DNA from: Cyclobacterium sp.
GTDB taxonomy: Bacteria; Bacteroidota; Bacteroidia; Cytophagales; Cyclobacteriaceae
Direction: 5' to 3'
Length of the DNA: 64,000 nucleotides
NCBI GenBank assembly: GCA_041685605.1
Contig: JAWLFL010000001.1
Coordinates: 1,884-65,883 of the forward strand
Positions 9,527 through 20,164 of the stretch are shown piece by piece. The notes below the pieces were generated by a model that had not been told where the DNA came from, made no database searches, and worked only from the letters and a program-made list of their open reading frames with translations. Every line of letters begins with the position of its first letter. Positions within the stretch are counted from its first letter, which is position 1. The translations under genes were made by a program, and so were the position numbers.

Positions 9527-10749
9527 GAGGGATCAACTTGGGCGATGACTTCTTTGAAAATAGCGATTAATTCCTGATTGGGGGGCTGGCCTTTTTCACT
9601 TTGGTAATACATGTTGAAAAGGCTGGGCATGTCTTTTTCCAGATCCCGAACCTGCAACTGGTGATCAGAGTCGGTTTCTCTGTTTTTGATTTGAGGAATA
9701 AGGTTAATGATGCCGTCGTGCGCCTGCATCAGGGATCTCCGGGTCTCCGCATCTATGGAGTGATCCGTTTCATAGGTCAGTTCTACAAAGCAGTGCGGAT
9801 TTGCTTCCAACCATTCCAATGCAGTCGTTAGGCTGTCAAAGGTTTTTCTTTCCAGGCGCCTGCCCTGATTGAGTGGGATGGCTTCATATTGGGCCGGTTT
9901 CCCTGGATGGACCTCAATGAGTACTACCTGTTTCTGCTGTCCGGCTTCGCTAAAAGAATAGGCAAGCGGAGAGCTGGCATACACTGCGGGGACAGGCGCT
10001 GTGCTACAGGCATGGTACCGGTGTAAATGGCCCAGTGCCGCGTACTGAATTTGATTGGGGATTTGGGAGGTGTGGAGTGCCTGGGTGCCTCCAACGTGCA
10101 GAATGGGTCGCTCGCTTTCAGGCTCAGGTTCCGGGGTTTCCCCTTCCTTCACAAAAAAGAAATGACCTAAAAAAAGGTTAATGCCGCGATCGTCGCAATG
10201 GCGATCAGCAAGTTCCTTCCAGCGGTTTCCCAGGACCGTTCTCAGCTCTGATTCGCGGTCTTCCTCTCCCAGGTACGTTCGCAATAACAGCTCGTTGGCA
10301 TAGGGAGCGAGGAGGATGCGAACCGGGAAATCATGCTGGGGCAGTTTCAGGGATACGAATCCCGGATCAGAAAGGAGGACTTCCGTGCCGTTTTCTGATT
10401 TACCCACGGGTATCACCGTGTCGTATCGGCTGTAAAAGAAAATTCCCATTTCCCGGGCCAGTGGATCGGGTGCCTCTATAAACTGAGTGCTGTCGTGATT
10501 TCCAGAGATGACCACGATTGGCCTCTGCCCATTTTTGGAGAGCTTGCGCAGGGTTTTGTAAAGTAGCTCCACGGCTTCGTGACTGGGATTAAACGTATCG
10601 AAAACGTCTCCTGCAAGCAAGACCATGTCTACTTCATGGCTATCCGCAATAGAAATAATTTCTTCCAATACCGCTTTCTGCTCTTCCAGGCGGGAAACGT
10701 CTTGCAGTCTTTTCCCCAAATGCCAGTCTGCCGTATGTAATAGTTTCAT
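9523..10749 (-). CDS. sbcD: SbcD nuclease subunit (Mre11-like)
   Basis: HTADWHLG, AGDVFD, GNHDS and LGHLH motifs; 4-bp overlap with sbcC. Confidence 0.95.
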   Translation of the reverse strand: MKLLHTADWHLGKRLQDVSRLEEQKAVLEEIISIADSHEVDMVLLAGDVFDTFNPSHEAVELLYKTLRKLSKNGQRPIVVISGNHDSTQFIEAPDPLAREMGIFFYSRYDTVIPVGKSENGTEVLLSDPGFVSLKLPQHDFPVRILLAPYANELLLRTYLGEEDRESELRTVLGNRWKELADRHCDDRGINLFLGHFFFVKEGETPEPEPESERPILHVGGTQALHTSQIPNQIQYAALGHLHRYHACSTAPVPAVYASSPLAYSFSEAGQQKQVVLIEVHPGKPAQYEAIPLNQGRRLERKTFDSLTTALEWLEANPHCFVELTYETDHSIDAETRRSLMQAHDGIINLIPQIKNRETDSDHQLQVRDLEKDMPSLFNMYYQSEKGQPPNQELIAIFKEVIAQVDPS

Positions 10750-10924
10750 GGGCGGTAAATCAAATGCTAAAAGTTTAATTTCATGCTAAATTTACTTCAA
10801 TATCGGAGCGAGGCAAAGACTAATTCGTAAAAATTTCCTGAGGTAGGATCGTGTTTTTAAGAAAAATGTATTTATTTGTTACGTTGAAAGGAATTTTTCT
10901 AACTAGTGTAAAGGATTGATAGCG

Positions 10925-11461
10925 ATGTGGTTTATGAAAAAGGTTGTGATGATCGTGTTGTTGGCTCATTTTTGGCTGATTTTTTCTTCAAAGGCTCAGT
11001 CCCCGTTTACCGCACCGGATTCCTTGCTGGTTATCCAGGAAGGTATTGCCAGCTATTATGGCACTCGCTTTCATAACCGGATGACGGCCAATGGGGAAAT
11101 TTATGACATGTGGCAATTCACCGCGGCACACAAGCACCTGCCCTTCGGGACCTTGCTGAAAGTGACCAATAAGAAAAACGGAATGCAGGCGGTTGTGCGG
11201 ATCAACGACCGCTTGCCCAAATCTTCCACACGGATTATTGACCTATCCAAAGGAGTAGCAGAACACCTGGAAATGGTAAACGATGGAATTGTTCCCGTGA
11301 CCCTGGAGTTGCTCAGTCATCATGCCATTGACTGGGTAAGGCAGCAGTACAAAGTGGTTCCGCGGGATATCCGCCTGAGGAGCTATTTTCACGGGATTGC
11401 CTACACTAAGGACGAGAAGCTCATCCAACGTGCCCTGAGAGAATCCCTTCAAAAGAAGTAG
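10925..11461 (+). CDS. rlpA: RlpA-family lytic transglycosylase (DPBB domain)
   Basis: GIASYYG, TAAHKHLPFGT, RINDR and IIDLS motifs; N-terminal signal; start codon uncertain (10916/10925/10934). Confidence 0.88.
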   Translation: MWFMKKVVMIVLLAHFWLIFSSKAQSPFTAPDSLLVIQEGIASYYGTRFHNRMTANGEIYDMWQFTAAHKHLPFGTLLKVTNKKNGMQAVVRINDRLPKSSTRIIDLSKGVAEHLEMVNDGIVPVTLELLSHHAIDWVRQQYKVVPRDIRLRSYFHGIAYTKDEKLIQRALRESLQKK

Positions 11462-11600
11462 GAAGCGGTAGCCTGAACCGGACGCAAACCGGAACGTTAC
11501 GACTAGCCGAAATTAAGGGCCAGAGATTGCGCTTACCTATGGTCGTTACAGATTATTGTTTTACTTTTGCTGTCTTAAATCCCTGCAAACTACCTTCATT

Positions 11601-12383
11601 ATGAGTAAAGTAAGAGCCAAGAAGCATCTGGGACAACACTTTTTGCGTGACCTGCAAGTGGCGGAATGGATCGCAACTTCGCTCGAAGGATTTGGGGGCA
11701 GCCGGAATGTGTTGGAAATAGGACCGGGAATGGGAGTTCTGACCGATTTTTTGGTAGAAAAACCCTGGGAGCTAACCCTGATTGAGATCGATAAAGAGTC
11801 CGTCGTTTACCTGCGGGAGAAATATGCGAAGCATTCGCTCCGTATAGTGGAGGGAGACTTTTTGGACAATCAATACAGGACGCTTTATAATACACCTTAT
11901 GCCATAATAGGGAATTTTCCCTATAATATTTCCAGCCAGATCTTCTTCAAGGTATTGGAAGAAAGGCATCAGGTAATGGAAGTGGTGGGGATGCTTCAAA
12001 AGGAAGTTGCTGAACGAATTACCGCAAAGAAAGGAAGTAAGGTTTACGGCATTTTGAGTGTATTGCTGCAAGCTTTTTACGAAACAACCTACCTGTTTAC
12101 CGTTCCTCCTGAAGTATTCGATCCGCCTCCTAAAGTGCAGAGTGGTGTCATCCAATTGAAAAGAAATTCGGTTCGGGAGCTGCCTTGCGACGAAAAGCTA
12201 TTTTTCAGATTGGTAAAGCAAGCGTTTCACACACGGAGGAAAACCCTGCGAAATGCCCTGAAACCAATGGGTCTTTCCGAAGAATTTAAAAGCATGGACA
12301 TGCTGGATCTAAGGGCCGAACAGCTTGGAGTGGAGGAGTTTGTTTATTTAACTCAAAAATTGGAATCATCGTGGAAGCTATAA
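11601..12383 (+). CDS. rsmA: 16S rRNA adenine dimethyltransferase
   Basis: KKHLGQHFL, EIGPGMG and GNFPYNIS motifs; TACTTTTG promoter at 11562-11569. Confidence 0.96.
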   Translation: MSKVRAKKHLGQHFLRDLQVAEWIATSLEGFGGSRNVLEIGPGMGVLTDFLVEKPWELTLIEIDKESVVYLREKYAKHSLRIVEGDFLDNQYRTLYNTPYAIIGNFPYNISSQIFFKVLEERHQVMEVVGMLQKEVAERITAKKGSKVYGILSVLLQAFYETTYLFTVPPEVFDPPPKVQSGVIQLKRNSVRELPCDEKLFFRLVKQAFHTRRKTLRNALKPMGLSEEFKSMDMLDLRAEQLGVEEFVYLTQKLESSWKL

Positions 12384-13738
12384 AGACATTCGAACTCTCC
12401 AAGGAATACTTGGAAGCGCTTCGGGAGAGTATCTCCGAAGCCCACATTCAGTTTATTCAGGAGTCCATGCAGGATGCCAAAAAGGCCGATATAGCGGCCC
12501 TGTTGGATGAATTGGAAATGGAGGAAGCACTTTTTGTGCTGCGGGCCCTGGATCCGGATTTTTCTGCGGACATCCTGATCGAGCTGGACGAAGATTCCCA
12601 ATACAAGGTGATTACTTCCATGCCTCCGGAAGAACTGGCCACCCTGATTGATCACATGGATTCAGATGATGCGGTGGATGTGCTGAATCAATTGGTGGTG
12701 AACGATCGGGAAGCCGTCATCAGCCACCTGGAAAAAAAGGAAAAGTCCCTTTACATCATCGAATTGCTCCGGTATGATGAGGACAGCGCCGGTGGATTGA
12801 TGGCTAAAGAGATCATCAAAGCCAACCTTAACTGGACCGTGGTGCAGACCATCGAAGAAATCCGCCGGCAGGCAGAAAATGTGGAAAAGATTTTCTCGAT
12901 TTATGTGGTGGATAATAAGGAAAAGTTATTAGGCAGAATTGCGCTAAAGAAATTGATTCTGGCATCTTCGGGCACCAAAGTGGCTGATTTGTACGAGGAC
13001 AATATTATTTCAGTACCCACTTACATGGAAGGGGAAGAGGTAGCCGAGATCATGCGTAAATACGATCTGGAAGCGGTTCCCGTGGTGAATGTTAAAAACA
13101 AGTTGGTTGGACGGATAACGGTAGATGATATTTTGGATCTGATCCGGGAGCAGGCAGAAGAAGACATTCAGGCCATGACCGGTTTTTCGGATGACGTGGA
13201 AGAATCCGACTCCATTTACCGCCTCTCCCGTGCCCGGCTTCCCTGGCTGGTCATAGGTATGGTGGGAGGATTGATGGGAGCAGGCTTTATTGGTTTTTTT
13301 GAAGAAGGGTTGAATGCCGTCACTGCGCTGGCTTTTTTTATTCCCTTAATCACGGCTACAGGGGGAAATGTGGGTATTCAATCCTCCACGCTGGTAGTAC
13401 AGAGCCTGGCGAATAAATCGGTATTTGAAGACAGCCTGACCAAACGTTTTCTGAAGGTACTGCTGGTGGCCGTGCTCAATGGATTGGTATTGGCATTGTT
13501 TGTGTTTCTAACGGTAGTATTTCTTTACGGGCAGGAGACCAAATTTGGTCTGGTCGTAAGCATTGCATTATTCAGTGTGGTCTTACTGGCATCCTTTATG
13601 GGCACGCTTACCCCAATCGTGCTGGATAAGATTGGGATAAACCCGGCCATGGCTTCGGGGCCATTTATTACTACTGCCAATGACCTGCTGGGCCTGGGCG
13701 TTTATTTTGGGGTAGCCACCTTACTATTGAACCTATAA
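12371..13738 (+). CDS. mgtE: Magnesium transporter MgtE
   Basis: N domain, CBS pair (SAGGLM, GRITVDD), GGNVGIQS and PFITTAND motifs. Confidence 0.95.
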   Translation: MEAIKTFELSKEYLEALRESISEAHIQFIQESMQDAKKADIAALLDELEMEEALFVLRALDPDFSADILIELDEDSQYKVITSMPPEELATLIDHMDSDDAVDVLNQLVVNDREAVISHLEKKEKSLYIIELLRYDEDSAGGLMAKEIIKANLNWTVVQTIEEIRRQAENVEKIFSIYVVDNKEKLLGRIALKKLILASSGTKVADLYEDNIISVPTYMEGEEVAEIMRKYDLEAVPVVNVKNKLVGRITVDDILDLIREQAEEDIQAMTGFSDDVEESDSIYRLSRARLPWLVIGMVGGLMGAGFIGFFEEGLNAVTALAFFIPLITATGGNVGIQSSTLVVQSLANKSVFEDSLTKRFLKVLLVAVLNGLVLALFVFLTVVFLYGQETKFGLVVSIALFSVVLLASFMGTLTPIVLDKIGINPAMASGPFITTANDLLGLGVYFGVATLLLNL

Positions 13739-13745
13739 TTAAACC

Positions 13746-14678
13746 ATGAGAATACTGATCATCGACCAAATGCACGAAAGCATTGTGCCTTTGCTGGAAG
13801 AAAAAGGACATCAAGTGGATTACCGACCCGAAATAGACCGTGAGGGGATCCTGGCTGTTTTGCAAGATTATGAGGGCTTGATCATTCGATCAAAGACACC
13901 CATAGATCAAGAACTGCTGCAAGAAGCCCCTCTATTGAAATTTGTAGCCAGAGCGGGAGCTGGCTTGGATAACATCGACCTGGATTACCTGGAAGAAAAA
14001 GGGATCTCTCTGCATCATGCTGCAGAAGGCAACCGGGATGCGGTGGCCGAACACGCATTGGGTATGCTGCTGACCTTGTTCAACCATTACCTGCAATCCG
14101 ACCAGCAGGTAAGGAAAGGTATTTGGGACCGGGAAGGAAACAGGGGAGTGGAGCTGTCTGGCAAAACGGTAGGCATCTTCGGATATGGAAATATGGGAAG
14201 TGCTTTTGCTCAACGACTTCGGGGATTTGGTGTAGAAATACTGGCCTACGATAAATTCAAGTCCGGTTTTGGGGATGAATGGGTAAAAGAGAGTAGTTTT
14301 CAGGCCATACAAGAAAAGGCAGATGTATTGAGTATCCATGTTCCCCTCACGACCGAGACCAGATATTTTTTTAGTCCCGAAATTCTGTCGGGTTTTCACA
14401 AGTCCTTTTACCTCATCAATACCGCCCGGGGGGAGGTAATCCGGATGGACACCTTGAACGAAGCCCTGCAAAACGGCAAGTTGAAGGGGGCAGCTCTCGA
14501 TGTTTTGGAAAAGGAAAAACTCCAGGCACTGACGGCTTCAGAGCGACTGTCCTTTGAAGCACTCAGCAGAAGGTCCAATGTGCTTTTTTCACCTCATGTT
14601 GCGGGCTGGAGCCATGAGTCCTACCGGAAAATCAACCAGGTGCTGGTAGCCAAAATCGAAGGAGAGTGGAAGGGTTGA
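13746..14678 (+). CDS. D-isomer-specific 2-hydroxyacid dehydrogenase (SerA-like, no ACT domain)
   Basis: RAGAGLDNID, GYGNMG, INTARG and SPHVAG motifs. Confidence 0.88.
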   Translation: MRILIIDQMHESIVPLLEEKGHQVDYRPEIDREGILAVLQDYEGLIIRSKTPIDQELLQEAPLLKFVARAGAGLDNIDLDYLEEKGISLHHAAEGNRDAVAEHALGMLLTLFNHYLQSDQQVRKGIWDREGNRGVELSGKTVGIFGYGNMGSAFAQRLRGFGVEILAYDKFKSGFGDEWVKESSFQAIQEKADVLSIHVPLTTETRYFFSPEILSGFHKSFYLINTARGEVIRMDTLNEALQNGKLKGAALDVLEKEKLQALTASERLSFEALSRRSNVLFSPHVAGWSHESYRKINQVLVAKIEGEWKG

Positions 14679-14702
14679 TCCCCCAATAATTGGCCCCTTA
14701 AA

Positions 14703-14733
14703 TTGTAAAATAAGAATTCTTATTTTATCTTTG
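14703..14733 (+). promoter_or_regulatory. sigma70 promoter of greA
   Basis: TTG (14703-14705), 20-nt spacer, TATCTTTG (14726-14733). Confidence 0.75.
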
Positions 14734-14761
14734 TTGATACAAAATACAGGAAGCATATGGG

Positions 14762-14794
14762 AACGGTCTCAAAGTTGAGACCGTTATTTTATTT
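14762..14794 (+). terminator. Terminator-like hairpin inside the greA 5' leader
   Basis: AACGGTCTCA-AAGT-TGAGACCGTT, a perfect 10-bp stem, followed by ATTTTATTT. Confidence 0.6.
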
Positions 14795-14819
14795 ATTATC
14801 AGGCTATTTATTATTTGAT

Positions 14820-15293
14820 ATGGGAAACATACAATATTACACCGAAGAAGGACTGAAGAGGCTCAAGGATGAGCTTCAACAGCTGAAAACCAAGGGCAGG
14901 TCCGACATTGCCAAGCAGATCGCCGAAGCCAGAGACAAGGGAGACTTAAGCGAAAATGCGGAGTATGATGCTGCCAAAGACGCACAGGGTCACCTGGAAT
15001 TGAAAATTGCCAAATTGGAAAATGTACTTGGCAACGCCAGGGTATTGGATAACTCTAAAGTGGATACTTCCAAGGTGGGAATTCTTTGCACTGTCAAAAT
15101 TAAGAACGTAAAAAACGGCATGACCGTGACCTACACGCTCGTGTCGGAAGAAGAAGCAGATCTGAAAGCCAACAAAATTTCCCTGGCCTCTCCTTTCGGA
15201 AAAGGGCTAACGGGTAAAAAAGTCGGCGAGATTGCCCAGATTCAAGCCCCTGCCGGAAAGCTTGAATTTGAAATTCTGGATATCAGTTATTAA
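14820..15293 (+). CDS. greA: Transcription elongation factor GreA
   Basis: GDLSENAEYDAAK and ISLASPFGKGL motifs; start taken at MGNIQYYT. Confidence 0.97.
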   Translation: MGNIQYYTEEGLKRLKDELQQLKTKGRSDIAKQIAEARDKGDLSENAEYDAAKDAQGHLELKIAKLENVLGNARVLDNSKVDTSKVGILCTVKIKNVKNGMTVTYTLVSEEEADLKANKISLASPFGKGLTGKKVGEIAQIQAPAGKLEFEILDISY

Positions 15294-15298
15294 CTTCC

Positions 15299-15327
15299 AT
15301 CCCGATTGCTTCGCATCGGGATTTTTT
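15299..15327 (+). terminator. Intrinsic terminator after greA
   Basis: ATCCCGAT...ATCGGGAT stem followed by a T run. Confidence 0.8.
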
Positions 15328-15356
15328 ATTCGGTCAATAAACAAACTTCCTGAAGT

Positions 15357-15758
15357 ATGCCTTCCATATTTACCAAAATAATTAATAGAGAAATTCCAGG
15401 ACACATTGTTGCTGAAGACGATCAACACATCGCTTTTTTGGATATCATGCCCCTGGTTAAGGGCCATGTATTGGTCGTCCCCAAAAAAGAGGTGGATTAT
15501 ATTTACGACCTGGAAGATTCCTTGTACACAAGCCTACACCTGTTTGCCAAAAAGGTCGCCAAAGCTCAAGAACGAGTGATTCCCTGTACCCGCATCGGCG
15601 TGGCCGTGATCGGACTGGAGGTCCCGCATGTGCACATTCACCTGGTGCCGTTAAAAACCATGGATGACATTAATTTCAGCCGCCCCAAGCTGAAGCTTAC
15701 TTCTGAGGAATTGGAGGAAATTGCCAACAGTATTAAAGCTGAATTTGATAACGCTTGA
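15357..15758 (+). CDS. HIT family protein
   Basis: IFTKII, GHVLVVPK and VPHVHIHLVP histidine triad. Confidence 0.93.
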   Translation: MPSIFTKIINREIPGHIVAEDDQHIAFLDIMPLVKGHVLVVPKKEVDYIYDLEDSLYTSLHLFAKKVAKAQERVIPCTRIGVAVIGLEVPHVHIHLVPLKTMDDINFSRPKLKLTSEELEEIANSIKAEFDNA

Positions 15759-16743
15759 TGATAAGGGCATCTACTGTCCCCCGGCGGGCATCTACATCGA
15801 TCCCTGGAAGCCGGTAGCCAGGGCCATTATCACGCATGCCCATGCAGACCATGCCCGATGGGGAATGAAACACTACCTGGCGCACGAGCAATCCAATGAA
15901 ATTCTGAAATACCGCCTGGGAAACCAAATTCAACTGGAAACGCTTCCTTATGAAAAGGTTATTTCTATAAACGGCGTGAAAATTTCGCTGCATCCCGCTG
16001 GTCATATCCCCGGATCCGCCCAGGTTCGGCTGGAATATAAAGGAGAAATTACCGTGATCAGCGGGGATTACAAAACAGAATCCGACGGTATCAGTACTCC
16101 TTTTGCGCCCATGCCCTGCCACACCTTCGTTTCGGAATGTACCTTTGGCTTACCGGTATACCGTTGGGAAAGTCAGGAAACTATTTTTCGGGAGATGAAC
16201 CAGTGGTGGGCAAGTAATGGTAAAGAAAACCGCTGCTCGGTGGTATTTGCTTATTCACTGGGCAAGGCCCAGCGAATCCTCCGGCATTTGGATCTGGGGC
16301 TGGGGCCTGTTTTTGCACACGGTGCCATCTGGAACACCAATGAGGCTCTTGCTGCAGATGGCATCCATTTGCCAAAGGTGGAAAAAGTAACCCGTTCACT
16401 GCCTAAATCTGCTTTTGCCAATGCCCTGATTTTGGCCCCTCCTTCGGCTGCCGGAAGTCCCTGGATGAAGCAGTTTTCCCCATACCGGACGGCTATTTGT
16501 TCTGGCTGGATGAATATCCGGGGAGCCCGAAGACGTAGGGCGGTTGATAATGGATTTGTACTTTCCGATCATGCCGACTGGACGGGTTTGAATCTGGCGA
16601 TCGAAGGAACCGGAGCCGCTAATATTTTATTGACACATGGCTTTAAGGATGTTTTTGCCCGATACCTTCAGGAAAAGGGCCTTAAAGCCAGGGTCTTGGA
16701 AACCCTGTTTAACGGAGAATCCCCGGATGCCGAAGACACCTGA
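15745..16743 (+). CDS. Ligase-associated DNA damage response exonuclease (MBL/beta-CASP)
   Basis: YIDPW, ITHAHADHAR, PAGHIPGSAQ, ECTFGLP and LSDHADW motifs; TTG start overlaps the HIT stop. Confidence 0.88.
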   Translation: MITLDDKGIYCPPAGIYIDPWKPVARAIITHAHADHARWGMKHYLAHEQSNEILKYRLGNQIQLETLPYEKVISINGVKISLHPAGHIPGSAQVRLEYKGEITVISGDYKTESDGISTPFAPMPCHTFVSECTFGLPVYRWESQETIFREMNQWWASNGKENRCSVVFAYSLGKAQRILRHLDLGLGPVFAHGAIWNTNEALAADGIHLPKVEKVTRSLPKSAFANALILAPPSAAGSPWMKQFSPYRTAICSGWMNIRGARRRRAVDNGFVLSDHADWTGLNLAIEGTGAANILLTHGFKDVFARYLQEKGLKARVLETLFNGESPDAEDT

Positions 16744-16821
16744 GGTCCAGGGCAAGGGTGCCAAATTTTGAAAATCCCCTTTTTTGTTTCGGGAATTGGC
16801 AGGGGCTGATTACCTTTGCGC

Positions 16822-18351
16822 ATGGCAGAACAGATCTTAATTCTTGACTTTGGTTCCCAATACACCCAGCTTATCGCCAGACGTGTTCGGGAGCTGGATG
16901 TATATTGCGAAATTCACCCTTTTAATAAAATTCCCCCGCTCAGTTCCGATATCAAAGGAGTGATCCTTTCCGGCAGCCCCTGCTCTGTCCGTGACGAGGG
17001 GGCTCCCGACCTCGACCTTGATATTTTTAGAGGAAAACTCCCGGTATTAGGAGTATGTTATGGTGCCCAATTAATGGCCCAAAAATACGGGGGTATAGTG
17101 GCCCCTTCTGAAATCAGGGAATATGGCCGCGCCAATCTTTCTCACCTGGACACCCATGCAGACCTTTTCAAAGAAATGACCCATGGCTCCCAAGTATGGA
17201 TGTCCCATGGAGACACCATTAAAGCATTACCAGACGATTTTGAAACCATCGCCAGCACCCCTTCGGTAAAGATTGCCGCCTACAAGGTGCGGGGAGAAGC
17301 TACCTATGGCATTCAGTTTCATCCAGAAGTAACCCATTCCACAGAGGGAAAAAATGTGTTGAGAAACTTTGTAGTACAGATTTGCGGCTGCAGCCAGGAT
17401 TGGACATCCGACGTGTTTATAGACATTACCGTGGATTCACTAAAAAAAACCATCGGCAAAGACCGGGTGGTCATGGGCTTGTCCGGAGGGGTTGACTCCT
17501 CCGTGGCGGCTACCTTGATCCACCGTGCCATTGGGGAGCAACTTACCTGCGTATTTGTAGATAACGGTCTCCTGCGAAAAAACGAATATCAAGAAGTGCT
17601 GGACTCCTACCAGGACCTGGGCTTAAATGTCATTGGTGTCGATGCCCGGCAGAAATTTTACGATGCCCTCCGGGGAATTTCAGATCCCGAAGGAAAGCGC
17701 AAAGCCATTGGGAGGACGTTTATAGAAGTCTTTGATGAAGAGGCGCATAAGATAAAAGAAGTGAAATGGCTGGGACAGGGCACCATTTATCCCGATGTGA
17801 TTGAGTCGGTTTCCGTCAATGGCCCCTCTGCTACCATCAAATCTCATCATAATGTGGGTGGATTACCCGATTTTATGAATCTGAAAGTGGTGGAGCCGCT
17901 AAATACGCTGTTTAAAGACGGGGTCAGAGAAGTGGGGAAAGCACTGGAAATCCCGGAAGCCATCATTGGCAGGCATCCTTTTCCGGGTCCCGGACTCGGT
18001 ATTCGCATCCTGGGGGACGTTACTCCTGAAAAGGTGGAAACCCTTCAGGAAGTGGATCATATCTTTATACAGGGGCTCAAAGATGCCGGCCTTTACGATC
18101 AGGTCTGGCAAGCAGGAGCCATCCTGTTGCCCATCCAATCGGTAGGTGTGATGGGGGACGAACGAACCTATGAACGGGTGGTCGCCCTCCGCGCAGTCTC
18201 CTCCGTTGACGGTATGACCGCAGACTGGGTTCACCTTCCTTATGAGTTTCTGGGTAAGGTTTCCAATGATATCATCAATAAAGTCAAAGGGGTAAACCGG
18301 GTGGTTTACGACATCAGTTCCAAACCACCTGCCACCATAGAATGGGAGTAA
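16822..18351 (+). CDS. guaA: GMP synthase (glutamine-hydrolysing)
   Basis: [26 protein letters not shown] and KPPATIEWE motifs; TACCTTTG ends 3 nt before the ATG. Confidence 0.98.
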   Translation: MAEQILILDFGSQYTQLIARRVRELDVYCEIHPFNKIPPLSSDIKGVILSGSPCSVRDEGAPDLDLDIFRGKLPVLGVCYGAQLMAQKYGGIVAPSEIREYGRANLSHLDTHADLFKEMTHGSQVWMSHGDTIKALPDDFETIASTPSVKIAAYKVRGEATYGIQFHPEVTHSTEGKNVLRNFVVQICGCSQDWTSDVFIDITVDSLKKTIGKDRVVMGLSGGVDSSVAATLIHRAIGEQLTCVFVDNGLLRKNEYQEVLDSYQDLGLNVIGVDARQKFYDALRGISDPEGKRKAIGRTFIEVFDEEAHKIKEVKWLGQGTIYPDVIESVSVNGPSATIKSHHNVGGLPDFMNLKVVEPLNTLFKDGVREVGKALEIPEAIIGRHPFPGPGLGIRILGDVTPEKVETLQEVDHIFIQGLKDAGLYDQVWQAGAILLPIQSVGVMGDERTYERVVALRAVSSVDGMTADWVHLPYEFLGKVSNDIINKVKGVNRVVYDISSKPPATIEWE

Positions 18352-18364
18352 TTCACCCCATCTG

Positions 18365-18392
18365 AAACCTGATGAAGATATCAGGTTTTTTT
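18365..18392 (+). terminator. Intrinsic terminator after guaA
   Basis: AAACCTGAT-GAAGAT-ATCAGGTTT followed by TTTT. Confidence 0.8.
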
Positions 18393-18501
18393 ATGAAGAA
18401 TTGGTCTAAAAACTGTTAAATTCGTATTTCGCTACTAAAAATTGTTTCTTGTAAAATCAGGTATGATGTTTGATTTTCTTAAACGTAAAAAACTTTCATC
18501 T

Positions 18502-20157
18502 ATGAAATGGCCACTAATCATTGCCTGTCTTTTGTTTCCCATACATGCTCTTTTTGCCCAGGAGGACACAACAAACTACCAACGGGCAAAAAGATTAATT
18601 GCACAGGAAAGCCACGAGGAGGCAATGGAATTGCTCAGGCCTTATCTGGATGCGGAAAAGTATGGCGATCTTTCAGAGTATGCCCGGTTCCACTTTGCGA
18701 GGGCAGCCTACGGAAATCGCCAATACGAATTGGCAAAAAATGCCTTAAACGATTTGCAGGAACCCCGTTCATGGGAAGGCGATGACGAGGCCCGATACTT
18801 ACTCGCACTCACTCATTTCCAGCTTTCGGATGCCTCAGAAGCGCTGCAACTGGTGAATGCTATCCGAAATGATTCCGTGCTACAAGAAGCCTATGCAGCA
18901 ACTTACGAGTTTTTGAAGGTAAGTTCTTCCAGCGTATTGACCGTTCAGTATAACCAATATCCGGAGAATCTGGGATTGATGCTGGCGCTCAAGGAAAAGC
19001 TGGAGTCTCAGGGTTCCATGTCCTCCAACGATCGAAAGATTTACCAGGAGATTCGAAGTTCAATTCATGCTCGTCCGGGAGAAAGCGAAACCGCTGTAAC
19101 CGACGGGATTTTGGATGTGGCAATTGTACTACCCTTTAATTATGAAGGAGGAGAGGGGGTTAGCTCCCTGCAGGGGAATAATTTCGTATTGCAATTGTAT
19201 CAGGGGATACAGTTGGCATTGGAGCAAGCAAAACGTGAGGGGCTGGAAGTAAATTTCAGAACCTTTGATACTGAGCGTTCCGGTGAGCAAGTTGCTCGAA
19301 TTCTGAGAGATCCTTTCCTCAAGAAAGCGGATGTCATTATTGGCCCCATTTATCCGGAAGAAACGGCCCAGGTAGCTTCTTTCGCCCAACTCTATGAAAT
19401 CCCCCAAATCAATCCACTGTCCAACATTGACGACAATATTCAGGAATTCAATCATTCTTACCTATTCAGACCTTCCGTGAATGCATTAAGCCAAAGGGTA
19501 ATCGATTATTGCCGCAGATTTGAAGGAAGAAGAATAGCAATGGCCTATTCGGGAACCAGCAGGGATGAGCAGTTGGCTGCTCTTTTTACCGAGATGGCCA
19601 GGAGAAGTGGCCTGCAGATAGTTGAAAGCCAAAAAGTGACCATTCGGGAAATGCGCGACTTTTTTGACACCCTTAAGCTTGGGACAGAAGAGGAAGCATC
19701 GGTGGACATGATTGTCATTTTTTCGGATGATCCTAACATTGCCTCCCCTACCTTCGGGCTGGTGGAATCGCTGGGATCGGCTGTTCCACTAGTGGTCATG
19801 GAAAGCTGGCTGTATTTTAACTTTGCCAACTACGAAATGATGGAATCCCAGAATTTCCATTTTGTGGGTAATAATACAGTGGATTTTAACAATGAAGTCC
19901 TGGATGAATTTAGAGGAAATTATTTAGAAAAGTTTAAAGTATACCCTTCTTCCTTTGTGTACATGGGTTACGAATTGGCAGATATGGTATGCAGGGTGAT
20001 CAACGCCAGAGAAGGCTTTGATTTTCGGGAAAACCTGAACCAAAGTGGATTTATGGAGGGAGAGCTTACCTTTGGCTTTGATTTCTCCAATGTGAAATAC
20101 AATCATTACGTACCCATGCTCCGGCTGGAAGAAGGAGTTTTGACCATAGAAGAATAA
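18502..20157 (+). CDS. Secreted protein with TPR-like repeats and a type I periplasmic-binding-fold domain
   Basis: Signal [19 protein letters not shown]; N-terminal helical repeats; VAIVLPF, DVIIGP and INPLS PBP1-fold motifs. Confidence 0.7.
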   Translation: MKWPLIIACLLFPIHALFAQEDTTNYQRAKRLIAQESHEEAMELLRPYLDAEKYGDLSEYARFHFARAAYGNRQYELAKNALNDLQEPRSWEGDDEARYLLALTHFQLSDASEALQLVNAIRNDSVLQEAYAATYEFLKVSSSSVLTVQYNQYPENLGLMLALKEKLESQGSMSSNDRKIYQEIRSSIHARPGESETAVTDGILDVAIVLPFNYEGGEGVSSLQGNNFVLQLYQGIQLALEQAKREGLEVNFRTFDTERSGEQVARILRDPFLKKADVIIGPIYPEETAQVASFAQLYEIPQINPLSNIDDNIQEFNHSYLFRPSVNALSQRVIDYCRRFEGRRIAMAYSGTSRDEQLAALFTEMARRSGLQIVESQKVTIREMRDFFDTLKLGTEEEASVDMIVIFSDDPNIASPTFGLVESLGSAVPLVVMESWLYFNFANYEMMESQNFHFVGNNTVDFNNEVLDEFRGNYLEKFKVYPSSFVYMGYELADMVCRVINAREGFDFRENLNQSGFMEGELTFGFDFSNVKYNHYVPMLRLEEGVLTIEE

Positions 20158-20164
20158 ATCGCCG

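Noticed and set aside
14757-14819. N-terminal extension of GreA
   Set aside because: It runs through the leader hairpin; GreA similarity starts at MGNIQYYT.
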